Assembly (NCBI GenBank): GCA_964019335.1
Contig: OZ025754.1
Location: 124,001-188,000 of the forward strand
Length of the DNA stretch: 64,000 nucleotides
Reading direction: 5' to 3'
Source of the DNA: Diplonema japonicum
Taxonomy: Eukaryota; Protista; Euglenozoa: Diplonemea
The notes under the pieces are model-generated. The model ran no database searches. It was not told the origin of the DNA and saw only the letters and a program-made list of their open reading frames with translations. The translations under genes were made by a program, and so were the position numbers. Each line of letters starts with the position of its first letter. Position 1 is the first letter of the stretch. This document shows positions 11,390 through 22,691 of this stretch, piece after piece.

Positions 11390-12127
11390 TTACACCCTCT
11401 TTTTGAAAGACAGCATCTTGTGGAGCACGATGGTACGAAGCATGCATGAGTTCTGCAGTGTGGGGAACAACGCCAGGTCCTCATCGACCGACGCTTCGGT
11501 AGTTGTGGTTGTTGCAAGGCTGTCGGCCTCATCCGATTCTTCGGTCTGCGTTTGTGTGTCGCAGCTATAAGAAGATGGAGGAGGAGACGGGGATGGAGGA
11601 GGTGGAAGAGAATCTGGCGTTAAACAAGCTGAAGACAATGAAGGGGGAACACTGGACTCTGGCACGGATTGTGTCCGGGACGTGCCAAGAAGTGATGGAG
11701 GCACCGTGACGATTGGTTCTGAAGCACCCCGCTTCTTTGGGGTCTCCCGGACCTCTTTTTTTTCGGGTTTTTTCTTTTTTTTTTTTTTTTTTTGAAAACA
11801 TTTCCGATCCCGCTCTGCTTTTTTGTACTGCATTCCGAATTCCCTCCGATCCGTCTCGTCCTCCCTTTTCTCCTTTGCAGCCCGCATCTTCAAAAAAAAA
11901 AAGGACTCGTAAGGCAACAGCGGCAGCCTCTCGCACCCTGCGCTCAAGTCAACGACGATCCCTTTGTGCGGTGCCCCACTACGCCTCACGGGCCGTGGGC
12001 ATTTGGGTAACCCCTTAGGGACAGAAGGGGACGGCACGACAGGAATTATTCTCCTCCTCGGGCATTTCTTCGGGGCCTTGTTGCCCGTAATTAATTCGTA
12101 ATACAGATTACTTGATGGGCATACCAT
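11390..12127 (-). CDS. Hypothetical low-complexity protein (possible 48-nt intron 12077..12124 right after the ATG)
   Basis: 245-codon ORF with mixed composition and an A-run before the ATG; no recognisable domain. Confidence 0.5.
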   Translation of the reverse strand: MVCPSSNLYYELITGNKAPKKCPRRRIIPVVPSPSVPKGLPKCPRPVRRSGAPHKGIVVDLSAGCERLPLLPYESFFFLKMRAAKEKREDETDRREFGMQYKKAERDRKCFQKKKKKKKKPEKKEVRETPKKRGASEPIVTVPPSLLGTSRTQSVPESSVPPSLSSACLTPDSLPPPPSPSPPPSSYSCDTQTQTEESDEADSLATTTTTEASVDEDLALFPTLQNSCMLRTIVLHKMLSFKKRV

Positions 12128-12888
12128 GGTTTTTTTTTTTTTTTTTTTTTTTTCCCCTCCCCCCCCCCTTTTTTTTGTTTTTTTTTGTTTGTTGTTGCCC
12201 CTTCTTCGGGGTGCAATGGGGTCATGATTAATTTTTTTTTAAAAGAAAAAGAGAGATAAAAAAATGGGGCAGGGGGCGGCGTAGGGATGGGAAAGGGGGA
12301 CACATAGGAGCTAGCTCGTGGGGGGGAATGAGGGGGAAATTCCACTGTTTGAAAAAAGGGAAGTGTTGCAAACAGCCCCCCTACCAAGAAAAAAAAGGGG
12401 GCTGAGGGTTGGGGGGGGGGGGATAAACAAAAAAAAGTAAGATACGAAGGCCGGGCTTTGGGGGGTTTGAGAAAGTGAAAAAAGGGGGGGGGGGTAAGGA
12501 AGGAGATGAATGAATAAACTGGTTTTCCAGTTTAAAAAAAAAATCAAAGGAAGAGGAACAACCACCAGATTAAGCAATTTAGGTTTTTTTTTTTTTTTTT
12601 TTGTTTACATGTTCATAGCAGTTAATGGGAAGAAGAAGAAGGAAAAAAAAAAAGGTATGTAAAATAAAATGAGGTTTTTCCGCGTTAATCTTTTTTTTTT
12701 TGTTTTGTTTTTGTTTGTTTAATATCGGAGAGTTGCATATCTTTTTTTTTTGTTTTTGTTTCCCCTTTCTTCCTTCCTTCTTTATTACGCAATTGCTTTC
12801 AAGTGGCCGTCAGATAAAATAAAAGAGGGGGGGGGAAGAAGAAAAAAGAACGAGTGTTTAAACCTTCGTAGCCGCTTTTTCTTTTCTT

Positions 12889-12896
<8 letters not shown>

Positions 12897-12941
<45 letters not shown>
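12897..12941. repeat. (CT)n microsatellite
   Basis: About 22 perfect CT units. Confidence 0.95.
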
Positions 12942-12944
<3 letters not shown>

Positions 12945-13579
12945 ATTATTATTCTGAGCTTTTTTTTTTGTTTTTGTTTCCTGCAAGCTTTTGAAAATGT
13001 TACTTTCTTTTTAAATATTTTTTTTTCTCGTTCCCTGAGGGAGGGGGAAAAAAAAAAAAAAGTAAAAAAAACTTTTTCTGGGTAAATAGAGTAGGGTTTT
13101 TTTCTTTTTATTTTTTTTCTCTTTTTTTTTTTCTTTACAGAACAAAGGGCAAGCTGCTCCATGCTCTGCTCTGAAGCAAGTCAGAAGGTTATTTGCTCGA
13201 GGCAGAAAAAAAAAATTAACCCGCTCTACGATCCTTGAGCATTTAGGCCGAAGGGAAATAAAAAACTGTGAATAAAAAAAAATTATAAAAATAAAAAGAG
13301 TAATTTCCTTTTAAACAAGAGGGAGGAAGGTGTGAAGTAATTTTTTTTTTAAAATAAGAAACACGCAATGTAGAATAATGAAAAAAAAAAAATAAAAAAA
13401 ATAGAAAAGAGAGGATATTTGAATTTTGAAAAGCTCTCCTGCACTTACCACTCTTTTTTTAAAAAAAAAAGAAAAAATTCACTGTTCTACCAGAACAGGA
13501 GTATAGTTGGCTTATGTGGAGTGCTTTAGCTGTTGGGGTACTCTCACTCCTCCATTGTGTGCTTTTTTCTTCTTCTTCT

Positions 13580-13617
<38 letters not shown>

Positions 13618-13625
13618 TGTATCTG

Positions 13626-13664
<39 letters not shown>

Positions 13665-13822
13665 AAATAAAAAATATAAAAAAAAAAAAAAAACAACGAT
13701 GGTGAAAATAGTTTTGATGAGAAATAAATAAAAAAAATTTTTTTTATTAAAGCCACCCATTTATCTAAGGTGTTTCGTACTTCTTGCTTTTTCCCCCCCC
13801 CACATTTTTTTCTTTCTTTTTT

Positions 13823-14098
13823 CTCTCTGAAGAAATTGTCACATAAAGTTACAATTGAACTATTCGTTGGAGGCAGCACAATTTTTGGGTTGATTTTTAA
13901 AAATAGTTCAGTAAGCTTTTGTACAGGCTTGTCCAAGAAGAAACAAAAATAATAATACGAAAAATGTATGGGCAATTCGACAGGAAATGTTTTTTTTTTT
14001 TTTTTTTTTTTTTTTCTCTGAAGAAATTGTCACATCAGTTACAATTGAAAAGTAAACCTATTCGTTGGAAAGCAGCACAGTTTTGGGTTGATTTTTTT
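13823..14098. repeat. Two imperfect ~75-85 bp direct repeats
   Basis: CTCTGAAGAAATTGTCACAT..GTTACAATTGAA..CTATTCGTTGGA..GCAGCACA..TTTTGGGTTGATTTT at about 13825 and 14016. Confidence 0.8.
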
Positions 14099-14131
14099 TT
14101 TTTTCTTTTAATATTTTTTTTTTTTTCTAGG

Positions 14132-14162
<31 letters not shown>

Positions 14163-14822
14163 TTTACAAAAATTGTACTTGCGAATAGCATTTTTGAGTT
14201 TGACAATCGTCACTTTTGTGAGCAACTCAACAAGGAAAAATTTTTTTTTTCGTCTTTTAATCTTTTTTTTGAACAGATGTTAAAGTGTAAGCAAGTAATT
14301 TATGTCACAAGGAATTCAATGAATGGATCAAGGGGTGCAAAGGGAAGAGAAAGAGGAAGAAAGGATGGGTGGGGAAGGGGTAAATTTAAAAAAAAAGAAA
14401 GAAGAAAGAAGAAAAAGAGAGGAAAAAAAACATGGTTTCCCTTCTTCTTATCTAGGTAAAGATCGCAGTGAAAAAAAAAAGGGGGAGGGGGAAGAGGGCA
14501 AAAGAAGAAAAAAAATTACAGAAAACCATAATTCTTCTTTGCTTTACCTCAAAGGGAGGGGAGAGAGGTGGGAAAAAAGAAAGAAAGGAAGAAAAAAAAA
14601 ATAACATGATTCCTGCCTATTAGTTATTGCTCTTATGCACAATAATATTTGAAAAAAAAAAAAAAAAAAAAAAGAAAAGAGTCGGTTGATAATTGTTTGT
14701 GCACAGCCGGGGGTTAACCTGTAGAAGGATAAATAAAGCCCAGCAATGCTACCACTGCTCTTTTTTAGCACTAACAATTCATTATCAATATTTTTTTTTT
14801 TTTTTTTTTTTTTTATGTTCAT

Positions 14823-14856
<34 letters not shown>

Positions 14857-15134
14857 AGCAAATAAACCGAATTCTTTTAAAAAGAACTCTCTCGTGAAAA
14901 ATACGCAAAGTTTTTGTGGGTTATTTGTGCGCGCAACATGAGTACTAGATAAAGGGGGAGAGGGGATGGTGGATAAGAAAAAAGATAACCCATATAAAAA
15001 TAAGTCTTTCTTTTTTTCCCCCCTTTCCTCTCCCAAAAAAAAAAAAAATTCCTCTTTTGCAACAAACCTCGATCTGTGAGGATAAAGGGGGGAAACAAAA
15101 TTGTTACCAAAAAATGCTTCAAAAAAGCACCCCT

Positions 15135-15178
<44 letters not shown>

Positions 15179-15260
15179 ATAAGAAATTCTTTTCTCTTTC
15201 CCTTACAAGGTATTTTTTATTCGTCATTTACTTCTTTTTTTTTTTATAGTAAATATATAT

Positions 15261-16668
15261 GGGTCGATTTCAAAAAAAAACCCCCCCCCAAAATGAGGCC
15301 AATTGACACTTTCGTTGCATCTTTGGGCATGCCGCCCCCTTTAAAAAAAATTCTCCATATTTCCCGGCCCATATTAGGAAAGAACCCAGAAACTCAGAAA
15401 TTGCTCAAGATTGCTATTTTGACCTATGAAAAAATTCAGTTTTTAGGGTCAAAAATCGGGTTTTTAGTGGTTTTGGTAAAGTCAGAGAGTATGCTTTCAA
15501 TAGCAAGAAATAGCGGAACTCGCTGCTAGAAGGTGGCTGAAATGATGTTGGCGTTTCTTTTTCATACTATTTCGCATTTTGGGGGTTTAAGAGGCTCATT
15601 CGTAGGTGTACTTGGTGCTTGGGCTTGTCATGGGGAGTCGAGTAGAGTATTTTTGTAATTTGGTTACTATTCTTTCTCGTTTTTCAAGTCCGGGAAGGGT
15701 ATCAAGAACGTCCTCATACTCATAACAACAAGATTCATAGACTGGGGGCCTTTTCTCTGCCCTGTCTGCATCGAGTTCTTTGCGCATGTAGCAAATACAC
15801 CCTCCGGTGTGCTCCTGAGCTCATATGCACCTGTAAAATCTGGAAACTCAAGAATCTTCTTTTTTGTACGGGCCAAAGATCATCAGTAACTACATGCACG
15901 GCGCCCACCGTATCGTATTGGTGATGTTAGCTATTTGTTCCACAGTTTTAATTGTTGTGGAACGAGGCACACCCAAAGCCAAACACGAGAGAGCACACCA
16001 AAGTGGCTGTCCCTGCTGTTTTTGCCGTGTTTCTCCCCCAGAAACCACAGGGAAAACGTCCGATCGGGATATACATAACGAAGACCAAAAGACGCCCCAC
16101 CGTCAGTCCAGAGTATCCGAACAAGTTTTTTCCAACAGTAAGGCCTGTGATGTGGTCAAGCCTCATGCCTCTGACCAATTGGCGCCGTGAGGTGTCTTGT
16201 TGGCTACTAAACCAACCGAAAAATGATAGCAGAAGTGCCGCTAAAAGTTCCCCTTTACGCACCACGTCACAAACTAGTGCAGCACAGTCGTTGCCACTGA
16301 GCTCCTCAAGAACCTCTGTGGCGGGTGTCTTGATCGCCGAGGTGTTCCCATTTACCCTTTCTCGGTCCGAATACGCATTTTCTTTTTACCCCTAGCTCCT
16401 CAACAGCAAGTTTAAAAGCATCCATTTTTGTCACCCCCTCTTTTTACTGAATTTGTGCAAAGTGAAAAAAACCCATTTTTGCCCCCCCTAGGACTGAATT
16501 TTCTGTTCTGTACTAGTAACACACTTTCCCATTTTCTGGGGTGTTTTCTTTCCTAACCTGGGCCGGGAAAGTTGTAGAAATTTTTTTCTTTGGAAAAAAA
16601 GTACTTAGAGAAATATTGAAAGTGTCAATTGGCCTCATTTTTTTTGGGGGGGGTTTTGAAACGATGCC
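15261..16668 (-). mobile_element. Defective DNA transposon with ~230-bp imperfect TIRs, ATAT 4-bp TSD and a DDD-type (Sola-like) transposase relic
   Basis: Perfect 23-bp core AAATGAGGCCAATTGACACTTTC inverted at both ends, with further matching blocks (TTTCCCGGCCCA, TTAGGAAAGAA, AAAATTCAGT). ATAT flanks at 15257-60 and 16669-72. Minus-strand relic ILWTDGGASF..WFLGEKHGKNSRDSHFGVLSR (about 15980-16120). Superfamily assignment is tentative. Confidence 0.8.
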
Positions 16669-16678
16669 ATATTTATAT

Positions 16679-16710
<32 letters not shown>

Positions 16711-17752
16711 CTTTTAATATTGCAGTGATTTGGTTGTTTGCTCACTTCAACAAAAAAAAAAATAATAAGAGCGAACACAACTAAAATAAAATCAAAAGAG
16801 GTGTATAAAGGCTAAAGAGAGAAAGAATAATAATGAAAAAAATAAAAGAAGAAACAGAAACTAAACACAAGTAGAGAGAAAGGGGAAAGCCTTGACAAAA
16901 CAAAGGGGGAAGGAGCGCACAGAAGGGAAAAAAAGTTTTTTCTTTCCCCTTTTGGGTGGCTCGTGTCGCGCCAGGGGATTGTTTTTCTCTTCGTTTTATG
17001 CAAAAAACAAGGTGGGGGGGGGGGGGGGGTGAGGGTGAGGGTGAGGGGTTAAAGAACGAAAAAGAAAACCTTTTAAAATAAATGAAAGGGGGGCGGGAAG
17101 GGGTTTTTTTTTTCTTTTGTCATTACAATTTAAGTCAATAAGGTAGTTACGCACACACAAGTAAGAATCTGAAGGCACTTTGTTACTCTTTTTTTAACGA
17201 TTTTTCTTTTGAAAATACTTTTTTTTTTTTAAAAAAGAAACATGAGGGTGGGGACAAAATGGGAGGGGAAAATAAATGTAAAAAAAAAAAAAAACAAAAA
17301 AAAAGAAATTCGCCTTCACAAGTAAATTCTTTGTTTTCTTTTTTCTTTTTTTTTCTTCCTCTTACTTTTTTTTTTTTCCTCAAACCTTTTTCGTCTATCT
17401 AAAGACAAAAGTGCTTCATTTTTTATTTTTTTTTCTACGCTTTTTTGAGTTTGTTCGTCTTTAGCAAAAAAAAAAAAAAAAAAAAACGCTTGAGGCGCAA
17501 ACTCTTTTTTTTTTTTTTTCTTCTTTTCAAACCACTTTTTTTTCTTCTTTCGTTCTTTCTTTTTTTTTTTTTTTTTTTTTTTCTTTTGTAATTTTTTTTT
17601 AAAAAAACAAAAAAAAAAATATTTTCAAAAAAAAATTTTCCCCCCCGTTTTTTTTTTTTTTTTTTTTTTCCATTCCCCCCCAAAACGATAGAAAAAAAAA
17701 AAAAAAAAATTGTTCACTAGTTCAAAATTCAAAATTCTTGTTTTAATAATAA

Positions 17753-19201
17753 TCAGAAAGCATAAGGATCGTGCCTAGAAACACTAAGCGACCCCACTGA
17801 AGAAATGCTTTGTTGCAAAGGGGGGAGCGGGGAGCCGCCGGTGGGGTTGCTCGAGAAGGAGCCGTTCATCTGCTGGCTGTGCTGGCTGTAAGTCGGAGAA
17901 TGATTATACCTAGGAGGAGGTGTCGCTGTCCAACAAGGGGTGTGCGCCCCATCAGAAACCGTCTCAGGAATCGACAACGAAGGGGAAGGCGCAGGCCTCT
18001 GCGGAGTCAACCCAACCACAGCATCACATGCAGCCCAAGGGTCTGCAGGCGTCAAATAACTCCTCCACACCGACGCTTGGTTAGGAAACGAGCCATAATG
18101 CCTGTCTTTGCACGACAACCAACCATTGTTCGTTTCTACCCAATCATGCACCCCTATCATCCAAGCACCCCTCTGCGAGCTGTAAATAATCTTTGTTGTT
18201 CCGACGGCCTCCCAATAAGGCATTTTGTTAATGGTTTTTCCCGGAACCAAAACGTAATGACCTTCAGATTGCATTCCTGTGGGGTGGGTGCAGAAAACGT
18301 ACAAATCTTCGGGGATGTTCGCGGTGCCGGCGGGGCGGGACCCGGAAACGAATGTTTTGAACCGCTGTTTGAGTGACTTCTTCACTACCTGTGGTTCCAT
18401 CTCAGGCGTTGTCGGTTTTTGCTCCAAAAGTCCCGTTTTCTTCATTCCAATTAAACGCGAACTGTCGTATGTCCTCAACCTCTCAGATGACCTCAGCAAC
18501 CATTCATCATAATCGTCATTGTAACCATCGTAGTGAACCTTCAAACGCTCCAGGTCGCTGTCGATGATGGTGCACTCCCTCCAGATTCGTTTCCTCCTTG
18601 ACAGAACAATTACTTTTGCTCCGGTGTTGGGTGGTGACTCCACACAAGACACCGCTGCGGCTTCGGAGATTCTACTGGAATCAATGGGAAGCCATTCGTC
18701 GAATTGCTTGCTGTAACCATCGTAGTGAACCTTGATGTTAAACTCATCTTGGTCTGCAATGGTGCAGTACCTCCAAACTTTCTTTTTAAGCGATAGGACG
18801 AGAAGCTTGTTGGGTGGTACTACCGCGTCGCCGCTCGGTAGGTTAGCCGCCATAGGGTCGAGGGGTTCCTGGCTGTCGATGGTTAAAAGTTCCGGTTGTG
18901 GGGTGCCGAGTTCCTCGGCTCCGTGTGCGAAGCCGCATTTGTTGCCCTTCCTGCATTTTCCTTGTTCGAAGTGCCTGCACAGTGCCGTCTTCAGCGGTTT
19001 GCGAAGCTCCGTGCCGCCGTGCGCAAAACCGCATTCTTCCCCGAATTTGCAGTGTCCCTTCGACCAATGCCTGCACACCGTTGTCTTCAACATCGCCACG
19101 TTTAGCCCGTCATCCGGCTTGTTGGACCCGTGCAAACTACTGGATTCATCGTCTATCTCCGTTGCCAGCAACAGCGGGTCCCGGGTTGGTTGGGGATGCA
19201 T
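17753..19201 (-). CDS. Tandem CCCH zinc fingers + two Tudor-knot/chromo-barrel domains + Trp-rich C-terminal domain
   Basis: KTTVCRHWSKGHCKFGEECGFAHG and KTALCRHFEQGKCRKGNKCGFAHG; KVHYDGYSKQFDEWL and KVHYDGYNDDYDEWL. Start at MHPQP; the upstream part of the listed ORF is homopolymer. Confidence 0.88.
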   Translation of the reverse strand: MHPQPTRDPLLLATEIDDESSSLHGSNKPDDGLNVAMLKTTVCRHWSKGHCKFGEECGFAHGGTELRKPLKTALCRHFEQGKCRKGNKCGFAHGAEELGTPQPELLTIDSQEPLDPMAANLPSGDAVVPPNKLLVLSLKKKVWRYCTIADQDEFNIKVHYDGYSKQFDEWLPIDSSRISEAAAVSCVESPPNTGAKVIVLSRRKRIWRECTIIDSDLERLKVHYDGYNDDYDEWLLRSSERLRTYDSSRLIGMKKTGLLEQKPTTPEMEPQVVKKSLKQRFKTFVSGSRPAGTANIPEDLYVFCTHPTGMQSEGHYVLVPGKTINKMPYWEAVGTTKIIYSSQRGAWMIGVHDWVETNNGWLSCKDRHYGSFPNQASVWRSYLTPADPWAACDAVVGLTPQRPAPSPSLSIPETVSDGAHTPCWTATPPPRYNHSPTYSQHSQQMNGSFSSNPTGGSPLPPLQQSISSVGSLSVSRHDPYAF

Positions 19202-19673
19202 ATATATATATATATATATTTTTTTTTTTGTTCTCTTTTTTCTTTTTCTATTCTTTTTTTGTTCTTTTTTTTTGGGGGGGATTTTTTTTTTTTTGTGCTC
19301 TCGACCAAAAAAAAAAAAAAAAAAAAAAATGAGGGGAAAAAAAAAAATACTATGAGAAGCAAGAAGAAAAAAAGAAAAAGAAAAAGAAAAAAAGAGAAAG
19401 AAGGAGGGACACAAAAAAAGGGGTGTTTTTTTTTGGTGTAAGTGGTAACTATTAAGGGGGGGGGGGAGAAAGAGGGGGAGGGGGGGGGGGGGGGGGGGGG
19501 AAAGGAACAAAAAAGAATTCACTTGAGGGGGGAGGGAGGAAGAGGGGACGCGCGCGCGCACGCGCTGTGTTCCTTTTTGTAAAAAAAGGACAAACAACAA
19601 AACCAAAAAAAAAAAAAAAAAGAAAAGCCCAACACACACCCTTCATTTCTTTTTCTTTCCCCCCCCCCCTTTT

Positions 19674-22172
19674 TTACCAAGGAAACTCATCGCTTTCTTG
19701 ACCCTCCTTCCCAGTAAGCAACGCGGAGAAAATATCGCACAAAAACGGGTAATCCGGCCCGTCCGCCGTCTTCAACCCGCTGGCGTACTTTATGTAATGG
19801 TGCAGCTGCAGGGGAACGAGACCACGCGTATGCGCACCGAACGACTTCTTAAGCCCGACCATCGACCGGAGGGTGCCCCTTGTAGACTGCGAAGGCAGGT
19901 CTACGGACTCGATCCACGGCAGCGTTCCATATGTAAGAAAGTACAAAGTATACCCAAGCGAAAGAAGGTCGTCACGCGGTGCAGGCGTACACTCCAGCTG
20001 GATGTTGGGCGATGAAAAGTAAAGCTGCTCTCTCGACCGGATCTTTGGAGATATCCGTGAGGGGATCGCCCTCCGTGTCTTCTTGTTCTTAAACGACCAC
20101 GCGGCAGAAAAATCAACAAGCTTCAGCTCCCTCCCTTCAAACACTATATTGGACGGGGCTATATTACAGTGGATAACACCGTTGCTGTGAAGCTTGTTCA
20201 AAACGGCAAGACACTTTACGGCGACCAAGCACATGGTTTTGCACTGAAGACGGTTCCCTGAATATTGTAGAATTTCGTTCAAAGAATGCCCGGCCATCGA
20301 TGTGACGAGGGTAGAGTACGGTTCACCGGGGAGGCTGCCATGAAGGAGAGGTTCGACGATTTCTGTGACCCCCGCCTCTCGGAGGTCTGACAGAATTCGA
20401 AACTCATGAAGAAGAAGCGACAGCTGGTCCCTCCGGTCTTCTTTTCGCTGAAGATTTGTTTTTTCCTGCTCCGAGACGTATTCGTAAGCAGCGTTCCAAC
20501 GGTTCGCTGTTTTCGCGGCGCAGATCGCGTCGGTCGGGTAAGGTCTCGCTGCGGATTTTTTCGTAGTTGCTCGCATATGTTTTTTCTCTATTTTAACGAT
20601 GACAGTGGTGTTGTTATCGATGTTTGTGGCTTCAAAAACCTTACTTGAGAACCCAAGCCGGCGTGCGATACGGTACTGCCCTGCCACAACTACGTCTCTG
20701 AACCGAACGGACTCTATATAGTATTGTTTCCAATTAGACCGCAGAACTGTTCGAAGAGGGGTCGCGGGGCCTAAGACGGTCTGCGCGAGTTGCTTCCACA
20801 CGATCTCCTGCCGGCCTCTTGCTACCATATACTTCAACATTGACGAGCATTCCTGCATCCTGCACAACAACTTCGCGTTCAGAAAAAACAGAACGTTGTA
20901 AACCACCCCGTCCGGCAGCCCTAGCATGGCTGTTATCGCCTCATGCCCTTCTTTCGGTCGGGTATCGTCTTTCATTAAGTACCTCGCGATCTCTTCCCTT
21001 GTTGCCGCCACGTGCTCTTCTTCTTTGTTTGCGTTTACCGGCGATACCGGAACGCACAGCACCGGTTCTGTGGGAAGAGGCGGCAACGACAGTCCCGACA
21101 ACAGATTCCCGCCGCACGCTTCGAAAAGAAGCAGATCCCCCGCAGCTGTTTCCTGAACCGCGGTTCGTGTCAACGGTGTGAACGAGGTGTTCGTAGAAAG
21201 ACAGTCATCGATATCCCTCAAAGTGGCCTCACCGCTGGATAATTTTGAAGCTTGATGAGGGAAAACCGGCGGGGGTATGAGCTCGTCTTGGCTTGGAGGC
21301 TGCATGTCAGCCTCGACACTGTTTTCCACGTAATTCACCGTTAAAAACGGGGTTTTAAGCAATTCACTGACACACGGACGGTCGTCGGGATCAACCTCGA
21401 AACACTGTTTCAAAAACCGATGGCCTTGCCGTGAGAGCCCCGCGGGTATCGGCGGACCTCTCACGACCGTTGAAATAAAGAAAACAGCTGTCCAATCGTT
21501 TGTAAACTGCGCGTCGTGCCATGGAGGCTTCCCTGTCGCCATTTCTACTATAGTACACCCAACGGACCATATATCGGCTGGGAGAGAAACGTGGACACAT
21601 TTTGCAGCTTCAGGTGCCATCCACAAAGATGTCCCGCCTTGGCCAACACTAGTTGCCTTGGAAAGCTCCATGGAACAACCGAAATCAGCGAGCTTCACAA
21701 CACCGTCGGTACCTACTAAACAGTTTCCGCCTTTGATGTCCCTGTGAAGGATGGACTTGCTATGAAGGTACGCCAGCCCGTGACACAGCTGTGTGGCATA
21801 GTTGCGGGTAACGTGCTCGGAGAACGGGCCTAATTTTGAGAGGAGGCATGAGATGGAGCCGCCTTGCACATATTCCATGTAGACGTGGACCGCCGTTGAG
21901 GTCTCTGCAGCGCCTAGATATCTAACGATGTTGGTGTGCTGCAGGGACTTCATCATGCCTATCTCCCGTCGGAACATTTTTGAAGCTGTGCCTGTGCCGT
22001 CGCCGTGTAGGAGCAGTTCCTTCACAGCGAAAAGGTCGCCTGTTTCGTTGTCCTCGCATAGATACACCTTGCCCGAGGCCCCGACACCCAGCACGCCGCC
22101 CTTTGTGTAATTCCCCGACGCCCCGCGGAAGGGTTGGACCCCATTACCGTTCCTTCTTAATGGTGTCTTCAT
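19674..22172 (-). CDS. STE11/MAP3K-like kinase + F-box-like motif + degenerate CK1-like kinase domain
   Basis: GVGASGKV, FAVKE, HRDIKGGN, DFG, WMAPE; LPDGVVYNVLFFL..LCRMQECS..W (F-box); second domain VKIE..LLHEFRIL..HCNIAPSN..DFS..RDDLLSLGY..GTLPW..PDYPFL. Confidence 0.88.
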   Translation of the reverse strand: MKTPLRRNGNGVQPFRGASGNYTKGGVLGVGASGKVYLCEDNETGDLFAVKELLLHGDGTGTASKMFRREIGMMKSLQHTNIVRYLGAAETSTAVHVYMEYVQGGSISCLLSKLGPFSEHVTRNYATQLCHGLAYLHSKSILHRDIKGGNCLVGTDGVVKLADFGCSMELSKATSVGQGGTSLWMAPEAAKCVHVSLPADIWSVGCTIVEMATGKPPWHDAQFTNDWTAVFFISTVVRGPPIPAGLSRQGHRFLKQCFEVDPDDRPCVSELLKTPFLTVNYVENSVEADMQPPSQDELIPPPVFPHQASKLSSGEATLRDIDDCLSTNTSFTPLTRTAVQETAAGDLLLFEACGGNLLSGLSLPPLPTEPVLCVPVSPVNANKEEEHVAATREEIARYLMKDDTRPKEGHEAITAMLGLPDGVVYNVLFFLNAKLLCRMQECSSMLKYMVARGRQEIVWKQLAQTVLGPATPLRTVLRSNWKQYYIESVRFRDVVVAGQYRIARRLGFSSKVFEATNIDNNTTVIVKIEKKHMRATTKKSAARPYPTDAICAAKTANRWNAAYEYVSEQEKTNLQRKEDRRDQLSLLLHEFRILSDLREAGVTEIVEPLLHGSLPGEPYSTLVTSMAGHSLNEILQYSGNRLQCKTMCLVAVKCLAVLNKLHSNGVIHCNIAPSNIVFEGRELKLVDFSAAWSFKNKKTRRAIPSRISPKIRSREQLYFSSPNIQLECTPAPRDDLLSLGYTLYFLTYGTLPWIESVDLPSQSTRGTLRSMVGLKKSFGAHTRGLVPLQLHHYIKYASGLKTADGPDYPFLCDIFSALLTGKEGQESDEFPW

Positions 22173-22450
22173 CTGGTGTGCCAAGGTTCATTTCTCTGAA
22201 TTTTTTTTTGTTTTTGGTAAATATGGGGGGGGGAACAAAAAACGATTTAAAAACAAAAAGAGGGAAGTATTGGGGGTAGGGGGATGGAGAGAAAAAAAAA
22301 TAATTGGAAATATAAAAAGAAAGTGATAAACGCCAAAAAAAAAAAGAGGGGGGAGGGTGATAAAATAGTTTTTCTGATAGTGTGTGAAAGAAAAAAAAAG
22401 AGGGGGGGGAAATAATATGAAAAAATATTTTTTTATTTTTATTTTTATTA

Positions 22451-22660
22451 TCACTTCAAAGGGATCGACCTCACGATATCGGTACGGAGGTGCCCTTTGC
22501 TGGGGACCTGCGACTTGACCTTGTTCGCGAGCTTGGTGGCCCTGTGCTTGGAGCGAACGCGAGGGTTCTTGAATTTTTTGGGTCGGGAGGCGACAAGACC
22601 CTTGTTCCTGTTGATTTCGCTAGAGATCTTCCTGTGGCCATCTATCACTTCGCCCTCTGC

Positions 22661-22691
<31 letters not shown>

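Noticed and set aside
11185-11532. N-terminal extension joining the 12127 ORF to the channel
   Set aside because: Passes through long T and A homopolymers; no splice path giving sensible protein was found.
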